Shown: positions 11,581 through 24,394 of the stretch, in pieces
Position numbering within the stretch: position 1 is the stretch's first letter
Layout of the letters: each line of letters starts with the position of its first letter
NCBI GenBank assembly: GCA_002104905.1
Contig: MCFE01000259.1
Span: 46,919-110,918 of the forward strand
Length of the DNA: 64,000 bases
Direction of reading: 5' to 3'
DNA from: Basidiobolus meristosporus CBS 931.73
Taxonomy: Eukaryota > Fungi > Basidiobolomycota
Position numbers and translations under genes: made by a program
The notes under the pieces: model-generated
What the model was told of the DNA's origin: nothing
Seen by the model: only the letters and a program-made list of their open reading frames with translations
The model's database searches: none

Positions 11581-12973
11581 CTTGGGCTACTCAGCCATCA
11601 TTGTAATGCAGTAAATCCATGTAAATACTTGATCGCCTGAATCGAGCAAAGCTGTAAATTCGACTGAGTAGTCTAATATCATGTAGTAGCAGATTTAGTG
11701 CAATCGATGCAGACTGGGCGCCTACTATATAAAATGCTCTTCCAGGACCAGTTTTACAAGACCGAGTGTACATTACCTAAATATGCCCTCGAGGCGTTGG
11801 GGATTCGGTGGCCTCTTCGCTCATCTATTGATGGAAGAGTACTCAGAATCCCTATGAAAGAGTATCGATGCGTAACCCACGTCGGTCATTCCGCCTTTCG
11901 CGGAATGATCTATATCTGTCTCAAGTAGTTTGAAAGCCACATCCAGTAAGGTGGAATTATATTGACTTCGGCACTATAATTAGTTGGGCCTTGTCTAAGG
12001 TTGGTTTCACAAGAGAGGAAGGACTTGTCACTGGTGGGATCACAAGCATGGAAATCCCACCCTGGCGACGGGAAAACCAACATCCATGAATACCAGCACC
12101 TCGTCAACATCCGTGTCCGTGGGGTTCGTGAACCTGTCATCTGTTCAACGAAGTACACTTTGTGATCCTTGGCTCGGCACGCTTGCAGATGTGAGGGCGA
12201 AGCGGAGCGAACAACTCCACCCTTTCAAGTGACCAGTTACTGGGTGTCTGATTATCATGCAGACCTGCAGCCCATTCAAAGGCTCTACATCGCCTGACAA
12301 AACTCACCCTGTAAACATGATTAGGGGATCGATATGAGGCCGAGCACGACTTCCCTCTGATGCATCTGCGTGCTTTATAATCAGAGGCCATCCGACAGTG
12401 GTTGTGACGTGTGTAGGGTTCGGCATAGGCCAGGTCAATGGACACAAATTAGTAACTTCATCGATATGGCGGAAGCGGCCAACCGACCTCATAAACAATT
12501 TTCCGAAAGTACGACCGCTATATGGGCAATCCTTTAGGCTTCTTTGTTAAACCTATATTTATCCCATCGGGTGGCCATCATGCTATTATTAATCGGACGG
12601 GTGATGCCATGAAATGGCAAATCATTCACCCAGTAAGAGGTGTGCTTCCTAAATGTTGGCCCATCTTATATATGTTAACCTTGTGGGAAGTGGATCCAAT
12701 CAGCGGCGGGTAGTCCAAAGGCTCCCAGATGCAACCCGAGTTTGCTTAATTACAACTTTATATACTGGAACATACATTTAACAGAGGTAAGTTTGTCTAC
12801 AATTGCATCTAGTGTCTCCCAGGGGGGATTATTATGTAAAGGAGGGGAACCTAATGCCTGCTATTCGTGCAAGATATCGAATCAAAGCCATGTTGCTTCG
12901 CGTGCTTCACCAATAAGTGTAGCGAATGATAGAAAGATATCCCAAGCCAATATGCCCATGCCCACCCGAAAAC

Positions 12974-14065
12974 CTAGGCAGAAATAGGGGCTCGTGTGTA
13001 GGATGGTGGCGGCAAATTCATATAGGATGGGATGGACTGGTAGCTAGGGGGCGATATGTCCAATGATAGCTGTTCACTCGATCTCACCAGAACTGGCAAG
13101 TCCTTTTGCAGAATCACCTTCTCCCCTTGCCGTTTGTCGTTGATATGGAAAAGGATGGAAAGCTCATGCTTGACTTGGATGTACTTGGTATTTAGCGTCG
13201 GATAGACATCGGGCGGCAGTGTTAGGTCTGGAAGTAGCCGTCTTGTGTTATCGGCGCCTACAGCCCTATCGCCAAACTCGTCGAATCTAGCGCTTTTCAA
13301 TGAATACTCCTGCGTGCGGAAATCCCAGCTTCCTTCTGGCCCAGAGTAGTTGGTTGTTTCTATCAGATAGAACCGAACTTTAAGAATGTCGAGATCGCTT
13401 GTCAGCGACGTGAGATCTAGCGTGATGGGGATGTTCTGGTTGATCACCAGGGTCGGCTCGCTTACAGAGATGTGATACCGAAAACGATCCTCCCAGGTTC
13501 CAAGTGCTTCGCTAGAGTACATCAAGGCATCATCGTAGTTTAGGGAGGAGTTCCGTTGGATCACAATAGAGCGTCTAGCCTTCAAATCAAAATGAAGCCC
13601 TGGCCGCTCCACCACGGCAATCATTCGGTACTCTATGCTACCATATGGCAGGTCGGTGGACTCAGGCGTGCTGCCGTCCAGGGCCAGTTCAAAAGGATAC
13701 CTATATCTGTTTGAACTCAACGTACAGCCCCCCTGATCCGGTTGTAGAAAGGTCAACTTCCGCTGCACGATGGTATGCTCTCTACAAGTAATATCTAAGA
13801 TGATAAGGTAAGTAACTTCCCGACAGAGCGATCATGAAGGGGAGGACTTACTGTCGTTCTCGTTTAGTCTAACCTTGCCGATGAATTTGGCCCAAATAGA
13901 CTTGATTTTTAACGGGTTATGTACAGTGAGTATGATGCTTCCTCGAAGCACACAGCCGACGGACTCCTGCGGGGTTCCCTGAAGGGTGAGTAGGTCGTTC
14001 TCGATCTCGAATTCTACGGTGGCGTTTTTATTTAAGAAAGGGAAGGGCTTTTGATGTCTGAACAT
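12974..14065 (-). CDS. Alpha-arrestin (arrestin_N/arrestin_C, ART/Rod1-like Rsp5 adaptor), 344 aa; exons 14065-13852, 13794-12974
   Basis: Motifs SVGCVLRGSIILTV, YRYPFELAL, PESTDLPYGSIEYRMIAVVERPG, IQVKHELSI and two C-terminal PY motifs (SPPSY, LPPPSY); a 57-nt GTAAGT...TTAG intron keeps the frame. Confidence 0.9.
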
Positions 14066-17000
14066 ATTACGGCTATCCGAAGTGAACAAACACGATAGAA
14101 GGTATATATTATTACAAGTGGCTGGGAAAGGAATCGGTCTATGCTAAATATTCTCAGGTTAATGCCAGATCCGGCTGGTATTTATACTCGAGTGAAATGA
14201 TGTGTTTATTTTCCTCGTGCCATTGCGCATCCGAATTATGAAATGTGGTTATCGCTGAGGCATCCAAATGTGGTGAAAACACTGTCAGTGGATAGCCTCA
14301 GGAAATCGAAGATCAGTCAATCCAACTAATATAATCCCATGAATTCGAGTGGGTCGTGCATTATCACGGGCTGGGTATTCATGCCTTATATGGTATAGAA
14401 AGATACCATGGATATAGATCCGTGCTGCAGATTGGACTATTTCATGGAAGTGAACAGCAATGATGTATTTATGATGGGCAGATGTGCATACATTACTCTG
14501 ACCAGATCCCCTTTTCAGTTACGTTTATCCACATCCCACACCTTCATCAGGCAACTCACTGAAGAGCGCTCGGAACTTCAATTGGTTACCACCAATGGAG
14601 AACACACCTTGTCGGTAGGATAGCCAGGCTACACCGACCAAATCCAGCCACACGGCATGCGCCATGCATCTTGGATCTATGCACTCAACACAGCAGGCGT
14701 CTGGAGCCACGGGAAGTGCCTCATCACCTTGCAAATCCATTCGATTTATCTCGGGTAGGTAGCCATAAAGATTAACCCAGAAATTTGATGAGTAGATTTT
14801 GGGCCATTACCAAGTCGGCTTTTCGTCCGGCTGCACTAAATTCCACTGGAGTTTCAGTTGCCTCAATTGTAGGTGTAAGGGGTTTCGATAACCCAGACTT
14901 TACTCCATTAGGATCAATGGTTAGAGTTATCATCCATAGGTGGCTAGATAGGGAGTCTACACTTGCAGACCAGTAATAGTGGGTTAGAGTCGAACAAATC
15001 CATATTTCTTATCGGTTGTTTCCACCGCAAACCGCTAGCTCTACATCATTTATGTTGCTATTGTTTCAGAAATCAGAGTTACTCAGGTGATTGCCATATT
15101 TGCACCCGGGGTGGGAGATAAATGTCCCTCAGATACGTGGGCTCAGTTGGGGCCGAATTTAGATGTACATTGACGTTGTTGCGCTGCACCACTGGATTAT
15201 TCCACCATCTTGCTACAAGCATCAGCAAGGTTCGTAGGGATCCAGGGTGGAATGGGTACCCTCAGACTGTTAATGCAGACGCCCAAATAGGTTTACACCC
15301 CCAACAAGGATTGCCATGACTTACATATACGGGCGTATTGTCTGAGAATGGCTCCTGCAAGCGCCAGGATCCCAATGCCAAAAGTAGCACGCCACTACGG
15401 TGGAATTGTTTGGGCATTCGCGTTCCCTTATCAAAGTGTTACAGATAAATAAATGTACGTACTCACACTTGCCCTCTTCCAATAGGTATTGGCTCTGGAG
15501 AGATTCGGAGGAAGTTCCCACTCTGTTATCCGCAAGTATCTTTGGCAAATCGTATTGGGGCGATGAATTTCAACCATCGAAATTACCAAAGAGTGAGGTA
15601 AGGCCTGTGGAGACTGGGATTTCTAGCTGATTATCTGTAATGGTTGCGGTTCAATCATTCGTGCTATTTACATGTGGCTAGCCCAGGAAGTCCTACTTCC
15701 CCGTCGATCGATACCAGGGTAGTTGTGTTGTACTACGGAGATACGTGATGGTTGGCTTTTGCACCAATAACGCTTCGACTTCTGATTGCTTTGACTATCT
15801 ACTGCTGTAGAGGAATCAATTGATCATCTCGGTGAACGGCAACCAATAAGCCCATATGGCCAATGAGGAGTGCGGACATAGAGTTCAAAATGTGCAATTT
15901 ATCAATTGCGCGCCAGTCGGGGGATGTGATAATAGAGGAGTGGTGAATAGCCTGGCATTGAAGCGGATATCGGGTTCCAAAATATCAGGTAGTGGCACCA
16001 TACTTATCAACAGATGGTGCTCTGAGCCCGATTACAATGCGGGAGCTTGGATACCCTTCTCACAATCGCGGTATATTGAACGCCCACCATTCGATCCTAG
16101 GCTCATTGGTGTTTCACGGAGATCGGAGATCACGGGATTCTGATCAAACCATGGAGCGTCCCAAACTCAAGTCCACCAAATTTATCCAAAGCTGCAATGC
16201 TGGATCGGGGTATCTTGGTAATCAATCACAAGAGCGCCATCCATTGCCTGGAATAGTGTGAGATCTTGATGGTGAGCCAGGAATGTGTTCAATGGTAGCG
16301 GTTTTGGAGATGGAAGTAAACTCCGAGTATAGATTTGCGCCACAAACGTCTAGAGGCCCGGCTGACTAAGAGTTTTTTTTCACAACAGTGCTGCTTGGCT
16401 TCGACATGGCATAGGGATGCATTGTATATCAACGGAGAGTGAGCGCACCGCAGATGAATCAACACCATCTTGGCTAAGCAGTAGCCTAGCAAAGCATGTG
16501 CTATATTCTTTTCACGCAATTGCTCATGTCCTGGTGCAGATTAGCTTTTGCGATGGTACCAAACAGCAGACACATACCGGGATTGTTAGTGAGTTAATAG
16601 CTGCCGGTGGAGATCCTCATTGTGGCTCTGGGCTTTTGACTTCTTTGCCTCGAGATCGACTAATTAGGGCCCATGATGAAATGACGGACCCTTACTGGGT
16701 ATCTACTGGGGATGGATGCCCTGGGATTCGAAGCGGGCTTGATGGAATGGGTGTATGCGCAGTGGACATAACCACCTGGCCCTGATTGGTCTAGGTTATT
16801 TTCTACGGGACTGGATTCTCCAAGAATCTGCATTTCATCTAGAGATCAGCCATATCTGAGCGGGGTAGTTGAATTTGTTTCTATCGACCCCTTGCACCGA
16901 TACATCAAATCCTTCTATAGCCACCAACAGGTGACCCACGAATGCTTCCCAAAAGCGGGAAAATAGTCCGCTGACTAGCGAATTTCTACTGCTGTACAGG

Positions 17001-17369
17001 CCCTGGGTAGCACCGGAAGAGTGTGAGAAGCTTAGCACCTAATTGTAGGGGCATCAGGAGGTACGGCGATGGCGTATCAAACAAACCATGGTTGAACAAA
17101 ACCGCAAATGCACATTGCCATTTCAAAATTTGACTGTAAAATGCCTGCAGAACACCAGCAGAATGCCATAAAGATCCAAGTTTGATATTTATTGTAGGGG
17201 CTTACGTGGTAACCTGTGCCATGTGTAAGGCATTTTTGGGTGAAACTAGAGTGGAGTATTAGTATATACATGAAGTGAAGCATCCTGCTCTAATAAAATG
17301 TCTGCCTTAAACTATGTATCAATACCTAAATATTTACATCAGCCTGGTCACTTGTGATACTATGTCAGC

Positions 17370-17650
17370 GCCTATCTAGTGCAGTATACCAGCAATTGAA
17401 CAGTATTTGGCAAGCTCTTCAGAGCAGTATCCCTTCCCATTGTTGCTTTGTAGTACCTTTAATTAGCACCCAGTTTGTGTATCTTCCATATTTTTGAAGT
17501 GCTTGAAGGTTTCTAGAGCTTCATTACTTATCTTTAAGAAGTATACACATATATATCTTGTTTTGTCTACAAAAAATGTCATAAGTATCTTTTGGCTCCA
17601 ATAGACAGTGATTCCATGGACCCACCTACCCTACGAAATATCACACTCAT
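17370..17650 (-). mobile_element. Degenerate Ty1/copia family B integrase fragment
   Basis: The reverse complement aligns to the integrase core of the intact element (e.g. gaagctctagaaaccttcaagcacttcaaaaatatgg vs gaagctttagagacgtttaagcacttcaagaacatgg). Confidence 0.75.
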
Positions 17651-18777
17651 GGAATGCATCTTATTTTCAGCTGGTGATTTCCTTTAAGTTTTCAGTTGCA
17701 ATTTCTGGTGGAAGTAGCCAATAGCTAACTTTCAAATTTGGTATGAGTGCCAGTTGGCCTGGACTCCTCTTGGAAATTAGGTATGCTTGTCTTCCCAACA
17801 GCTAGTACCTGGGATATTGAGAGCTGTGAGTAATGAGCAGCCTGGAGATCTGCTAATATTAAGTGCTGTGAGAGTTTTGGCGATGTTGGAAGTGATTGGA
17901 AGAATAATTAGATTAAGTGTTTTGCTCACAGTTTATTAATTTCTCTGTGTCACCATATCTATCCTATTAGCTGCTGCACCCAAGTGCCTCATTAATGCCT
18001 TAGTAGGAGTTGTCTACATACTTGCTAATACTGGTGGTGGTGATGTTATGATGCCATTTGTTGGTCTTCCACTAGAGGTACTGCATTTACTACATTCTCA
18101 TCTGCCTGATCATCATGGTCAGCTTGGGGCTCCACAGCAATTCTCAGTTGCCTACTTGACTCAGAGCCTGAGGAGTCTGCATTGTTACCTTCAGTTGGCA
18201 CACTGTGAACATGGCATTTTTTGGCTGTAGCCCTGCTTGTTACATTGAAAGTCAAAGCAAGCAGTTGTCCAACTGTTTTTCTGCTGCTGTCAGCAGTGGG
18301 GTTTGGTTGGGAAAAAGACAACTTTACTTTACTTCCCTTTTGGTTTGATCCACTTATTTACATATGCCACCAAGAAATAGTGCTACATATATATGTGTAG
18401 GTGGTACCACAACTTTATTTGTAAGGCTAACTATGGAAGGTTATGATGGATCTTACATTTGTATAAGTGCAATGTCTTGAATATAAGACTCAAAATCACA
18501 TGAGTATTGCCAAAAAAGTGAAATAATAGCATTATGTTGTTGAGTGTCAAGCTGTATACCCCATGGACAACACTGCTTTAATTCAAAGCTGTAAGACAAA
18601 AGAAAAAAAGACCATGTGGCTATTGTAACAAGCCACTCACCTATGAAGCATGCAGACAGCATAGAGCAAGTATTACAAGGATCATGGCCAGTGTTTTGCC
18701 ATGCAATTCATATTTGAGTATTCATCAAGCACCACTGTCCCAACAGTATTTTGTCAGCCACTTGATACTTCTATATG

Positions 18778-19166
18778 CATGGTACTATAGGTGCTGTGCA
18801 TAAGTCCTACTTTAGGGCAAATACTCATGTATAGTGCCAGATGATACTAGTGGGCCAAGATTGTACCATGCATTTTTGCAACAAGTCAGAAACCAAGGGA
18901 GCTTGATTCAGAGTGCTATTAGTATTGTGTACTAAATACATCCCTTCAGTCCTTTGGTGCACTTACAAATTATGCACAACAGGGATTCCCAAAAAAAGGT
19001 CACAAAATAAATTTCTTCCACCACAGTGGGCAAAACACAGAGGCTGCTTTGCATGAAGATGTAGAACTATGTTTCACTCTCCATATCAATGTACATTTCT
19101 AGTTGGCCTCTCCAGGATACTTTGGCACTCATGGCTCACTGCAGCATTATCCAATAGAACAAGTTC
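18778..19166. mobile_element. Fold-back element, partial copy (loop plus one arm)
   Basis: Aligns to the loop and right arm of 45743-46452. Confidence 0.7.
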
Positions 19167-19710
19167 ATTATCTGCTTATCCAGTCTCTGGACAACTTCCA
19201 GATTTCTCTTGTCCATTGCATCTATCCATTTAGCCACTGCTTGTAATTGCCTCATTAATACTATTTTCATGAGCTGACAGCATACTTGCAGATACTGGCA
19301 CCTAACCACACAGGGCACCTTGCAAAACTGACTCAGGTGAGTTTGCATCACTTTTTGGCTTATGTCAGCCGTCTCAGTATGGCCTACAGAGTACCAATAT
19401 GCAATGAGACTACACCTGTGGAAAAAATGCCTAGTATACATAATGTAGCCAAGTGAGCCCACTAATCTTCTACTAGTGAATTATTCAATATTGTGGCTTC
19501 AGAAGTGGCATATTTGCACCAATTACAGTAATGAGGCCTTGAGGACTTATTGCTACTTCTTGCCAAGAATATTCTGGGATGCAACTTACCATGTACATAG
19601 TACAAATGGCCAACCACTATGTAGCTGGCAATATATGACCAAGAGACCATCCTGATACCAGCATACATTTACAGTTGCCTGAGATTCACATCAGAAAATG
19701 CCATTGTTGC

Positions 19711-22700
19711 TGTTGTAAGAGTCTTGGAGATATTGGAAGTGATTTGGAGAACAAGTAGATTATGTGGTTTTCACTTAATGATTTATTGAATGTAAGAGTG
19801 GTATTTATACTTTTACCTGGTCTTGGCATTACAAACACGTAGAATAGGTTAAGGAAGGTCCCAAGAACATGTGTGCAAAGTTTGGGGCTGTTTGGACAAC
19901 TTTGAGAATTTTCATGTTTTGGGTACCTGGTATTTTGGTGAAAATATTCTAAGTAAATCCCAACAAGGAATTTGGTCAGTATTCTCTAGGATTTGAAGGT
20001 GATGATCTAAGTGACTAAGTTAGGTGAATATTTAGGTGGAAATACGAATTTTTACAACACTCCCACTCAGCTAAATGTTCATACTGACTAGTCCTAATTT
20101 TGACCTAAGATATTCAAACTTGTCTCTAGCTAATGGTTTGGTAAATATGTCTGCAATCATTTCATCTGTAGAACAGTAAACTAAGCTAACTAAGCTATTC
20201 TCTATAGCTTCACGTATGAAATGATGTCTAATATCTATGTGCTTGGTTCTAGCATGAAAAGTTGGATTTCTACCTAATTGTATACATCCTTGATTATCTT
20301 GAAATAAAGTAATAGGCGTTTTTTGACATAGGCCTAAATCTGCAAAGAGCTTTCTTAACCACATTGCTTCTTTTGTAGCTTCACAGGCTGCCATATACTC
20401 TGCCTCTGTAGTAGAAAGTGCTACGGTTGGTTGCTTTCTTGAATTCCATGAAATTGCTCCTTTACAGTAAAGAAAGGTGTATCCTGTGGTGGATCTTCTG
20501 TCTTCCAAATTTCGTCCCCAATCAGCATCAGAGTATCCCACAAGATCCTGATCTGAATCATTATAAGTGTATCTTAAGCAGATATCAGCAGTTCCTTTTA
20601 GGTATCTAAAAATCCGCTTAACTGCTGCAATATGATCAGATCCATAGTTCCCATTATGTTGGCTGACAACTCCCACTGAATATGAGATATCTGGACATGT
20701 TCCAAGCATGATATACATCAGACTACCGACCATAGATTGATAAGGAAAGTCAGGGCTTTCAGATGGCACCAAGCTCTCTTGATTTGGTTGAGTTTTGACC
20801 AAGTTAAGGTTTGTCTCCATTGGGGTAGCTGCTGGTTTACAGTCTTCCATTTGGTACTTCTTTAGTATATCTTGAATATACTTGGATTGGCTTAGGGTGA
20901 TAGTCTGGGTACTTCTGTCTATGGAGAACTTAATCCCTAAGTAGTAACTAAGTTCTCCTAGATCGGACATCTTGAACTCCTTAGATAGGCTGGATTTAGT
21001 CTCTTCCAATGTTTCTAGGTTATTGGTGGCTATAATAAGATCATCCACATATAGAGCTAATAGAACTGGATTTGCTCTATCTGGCTTATAGTATATACTA
21101 TAGTCAGCATTACTCCTGTTGAAACCCAAAGATTCCAAATAAGAATCTATCTTGCAATTCCAGGCTCTCGGTGATTGTTTGAGACCATATAGTGACTTTT
21201 TAAGTTTGCAGACCAAATGGGGGTTATCTTGGTCAACAAACCCATCAGGCTGGTCCATATACACGTCTTCATCAAGTTCTCCATTCAAAAATGCAGTTTT
21301 ACATCCATTTGATGAATAAAAAGCTTATATTTGGCTGCAATAGCCAATATTAATCTGATGGAATTAAACTTGGCTACCGGTGCAAAGGTCTCAGTATAGT
21401 CAAGTCCTTTTGTTTGAGAGTATCCTTTGGCTACAAGTCTTGCTTTGTATCTTTCAATTGTACCATCAGCCTTGTATTTTGTCTTGAAGACCCATCTGCA
21501 TCCAATTGATTTTTGGTTGATTGGTAATTTGACTAAGTCCCAAGTTTGATTTTCCATCAGGGCCTGATATTCCTCAGTCATTGCAGATCTCCAAAACTTT
21601 GTCTGAGGGCTATTTAGGGCCTCTTTTACAGTCTGGGGCTCATCAATATGGACTGAATAGGCATAGACTAAGTTTGTACCCTCATTAATATAGTAATTTG
21701 GGCTATTTCTTGTCTGATTGGATCTCTGGGCATTTGATACTGGAATGATCACTTCTGGGATATTCCTGGGCCCTGATTCTGGCTGAACCACGGTTGTAGA
21801 GTCCTCTGGAGTAAAAAAAAATTCATTGTTTTGCTCTGATTCAATCCTGACAATTGGTGGACTTGAGATCAAATTTTTGTCATCATCTGATGTCATTTTT
21901 TGTGAAAATTTTGAATTTTCATCAAACAACACCTCCCTGGACTTGATAAGCTTCTTTGCTTTGGTATTGTAGAGTCTGTATGCCTTACTCTCATTGCAGT
22001 AGCCCAAAAATATGCATTTTACACTTTTTAGCTCAAATTTTGACTGATTTGCGGCCAGTTTTTTGGCATATGCTGTACACCCAAATATTCTTAGATTTTC
22101 TGCACTTGGTCTGTATCCATGCCATGCTTCAAATGGAGTAGAATAATGAAGTATTCTGTTATAACTCCTATTTTTAAGGTATACAGCAGTGGCAACTGAT
22201 TCCGCCCAAAAAACATAGGATAATTTTTGATCATGGATCATAGATCTTGCCATATCAATTATTGATCTGCTAGCTTGTTCTGCTACTCCATTTTGCTGTG
22301 GGGAGTATGGTACAGTAGTCTCTTGCTTTATCCCATGAATTTTGCAGAAGTGGATGAAGAGTTTTGAGGTATATTCTCCACCATTGTCAGAGCGTATTTT
22401 CTTGATTTTTTCACCAGTTTCTCTCTCCACTATGGCTTTAAACTCCCTGAGCTTAGACAGAGCTTCTTCCTTTCTCTCCATGAAGTAGACCCATGTGTAT
22501 CCTGTATAATGATGAATAAAAGTGATTAAATACTTCATCCCGCCTAAGGATAAATTTTGCATAGGTCCACACAGATCTGAGTGAATTAGAACTAATTTTT
22601 TTGTAGTTTTGATTAACCCAGAGATCTTGAACGGTTGTCTGGCTTGTTTCCCATATATGCAGGCTTCACAGTGCTCCAAATTAGCTGGGGGATCAATTTT

Positions 22701-24394
22701 CACTCCAGAAATTAGCTGATCTTTGATCATTTTGCGTAAATAATCAAAATTGATGTGCCTAAATCTCCTGTGCCAAAGCATTGGTGTTTCTTCATTTAAG
22801 TTACTTATATTGGCTTCCAGATATGATGGAATATAAGTCAACTTGTATAGATTCTGATCTCTGATGCCCAAAGCAATATGAGCACCATTTTAATCAGTGA
22901 TCCTGCATCCAGAATTGTCAAAACTGAAACTGAGTCCTTCTGCTGTGGCCTTGCTTACAGAGAGTAGGTTCTTGGCTATTTCTGGCACATAGAGTACTTC
23001 TTTAAAGGTCAGTGTATGGCTTCCTTCACTGCTTCTAAGGTTTACTTGGATAGTTCCTTCTCCCACTGCATCAAGTGTTCTATTGTCACCCATGAAAACC
23101 TTCTTAATTGGAATTTCTTGATATTGGGTAAAAAGTTCTTTTTGGTGTGTAAAGTGTTGAGAAGCTCCAGAGTCAATATACCACGTCTGAGAATCCTTGA
23201 TTGTGGTCATATTTAGTGCAGATATGAATAGTCTATCTTCAGTTGTTGCAGTATTTCCATATTCAGGCTTCTTTTGCTGATAATCTCTTTTTTTGAAACA
23301 CCGGTCTGATGTGTGTCCTTTCCTTTTGCAGTAGTTGCAAAATAGGTTGCTGTTGCCTTTGTAGGGTCTTGGGTACCTGCTTTGTTGGTTATCATTGCTT
23401 ATTAATGCATTTTCTTCTTCCTTCTTATTGGCGCTTGATTTTCTTAATTCTTCATCCAGGTGCCTTACATATACATAATTTAAGGTCAAATCTTCAGTTC
23501 TGGACTCTAGGGCTGATACAAGGCCCTGAAACCCATCTGTCAGGCTATTCAGGATGGTAACTATCACATCCTCATCAGTAGTTGGTATGCCCACAGATTC
23601 CATCTCATCTACCAGCAGGGTAATTCTGTTAATTAGATTTTTCATTTCTTCTCCTGGCAGCATCTTTGTAGTAAGGAATTTTCATCTCAGATACATTTTC
23701 TTGGCAGCTGAACATGACTGGTAGGTGTCTTCCAATGCTTCCCAGGCATTTTTTGCCGTTTTTGCTCTTGAGCATTGAATTAGCAATTTGTCCTTGACAT
23801 TAAGGCAAATGCAGTTAAAGGCACTTTGTTCTTTCTTCTGGTACTTTAAGGCTTCCTCCCCCACGTTTTTAGGAGGGCATTCTTCTCCCATGACAATATC
23901 CCAAAGGCCTCTTTCTTGTAGCAGCATCTTCATCTTCACCTTCCACACTTGGTAGTTAGATCCATCCAACTTTTCAGCAGAGGGAAAAATTCCAGTAATA
24001 GCAGTAGTAGACATTGCAGAGAGTGACAGCTTGGGGCTCATAACCTGTTGTAAGAGTCTTGGAGATATTGGAAGTGATTTGGAGAACAAGTAGATTATGT
24101 GGTTTTCACTTAATGATTTATTGAATGTAAAAGTGGCATTTATACTTTTACCTGGTCTTGGCATTACAAACACGTAGAATAGGTTAAGGAAGGTCCCAAG
24201 AACATGTGTGCAAAGTTTGGGGCTGTTTGGACAATTTTGAGAATTTTCATGTTCTGGGTACCTGGTATTTTGGTGAAAATATTCTAAGTAAATCCCAACA
24301 AGGAATTTGGTCAGTATTCTCTAGGATTTGAAGGTGATGATCTAAGTGACTAAGTTAGGTGAATATCTAGGTGGAAATAGAAATTTTTACAACA
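19711..24394 (-). mobile_element. Full-length Ty1/copia LTR retrotransposon, family A copy 1 (defective)
   Basis: 349-bp TG...CA LTRs (19711-20059, 24046-24394; 7 differences by eye), 5-bp TSD GTTGC, PBS GGTTATGAGCCCC (24033-24045), PPT next to 20060, domain order gag-PR-IN-RT-RH. Confidence 0.96.
20071..24014 (-). pseudogene. Copia A1 gag-pol with two premature stops and one frameshift
   Basis: Stops at 23682 (YLR*KF) and 22890 (ITD*NG), frameshift at ~21288 in MDVKTAFLNG; CNYCKRKGHTSDRC knuckle, WYIDSGASQH protease, YVDDL RT, ADIFTKPL RNase H. Confidence 0.93.

Noticed and set aside
11190-11606. 138-aa unspliced version of paralog C from the ORF track
   Set aside because: It starts at TTG just after the TATA box and reads through a canonical intron; the spliced 98-aa form matches the paralogs.
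14525-14740. Cys-rich 71-aa ORF (ACCVECIDPRC) as a possible fourth knuckle gene
   Set aside because: It lacks the CxFCxGxH spacing and all downstream conserved residues; no promoter or paralog support.
16417-16785. 122-aa ORF near the island boundary, and similar 60-110 aa ORFs in 4.1-17 kb
   Set aside because: No motif, paralog or splice support; lengths are within chance expectation.
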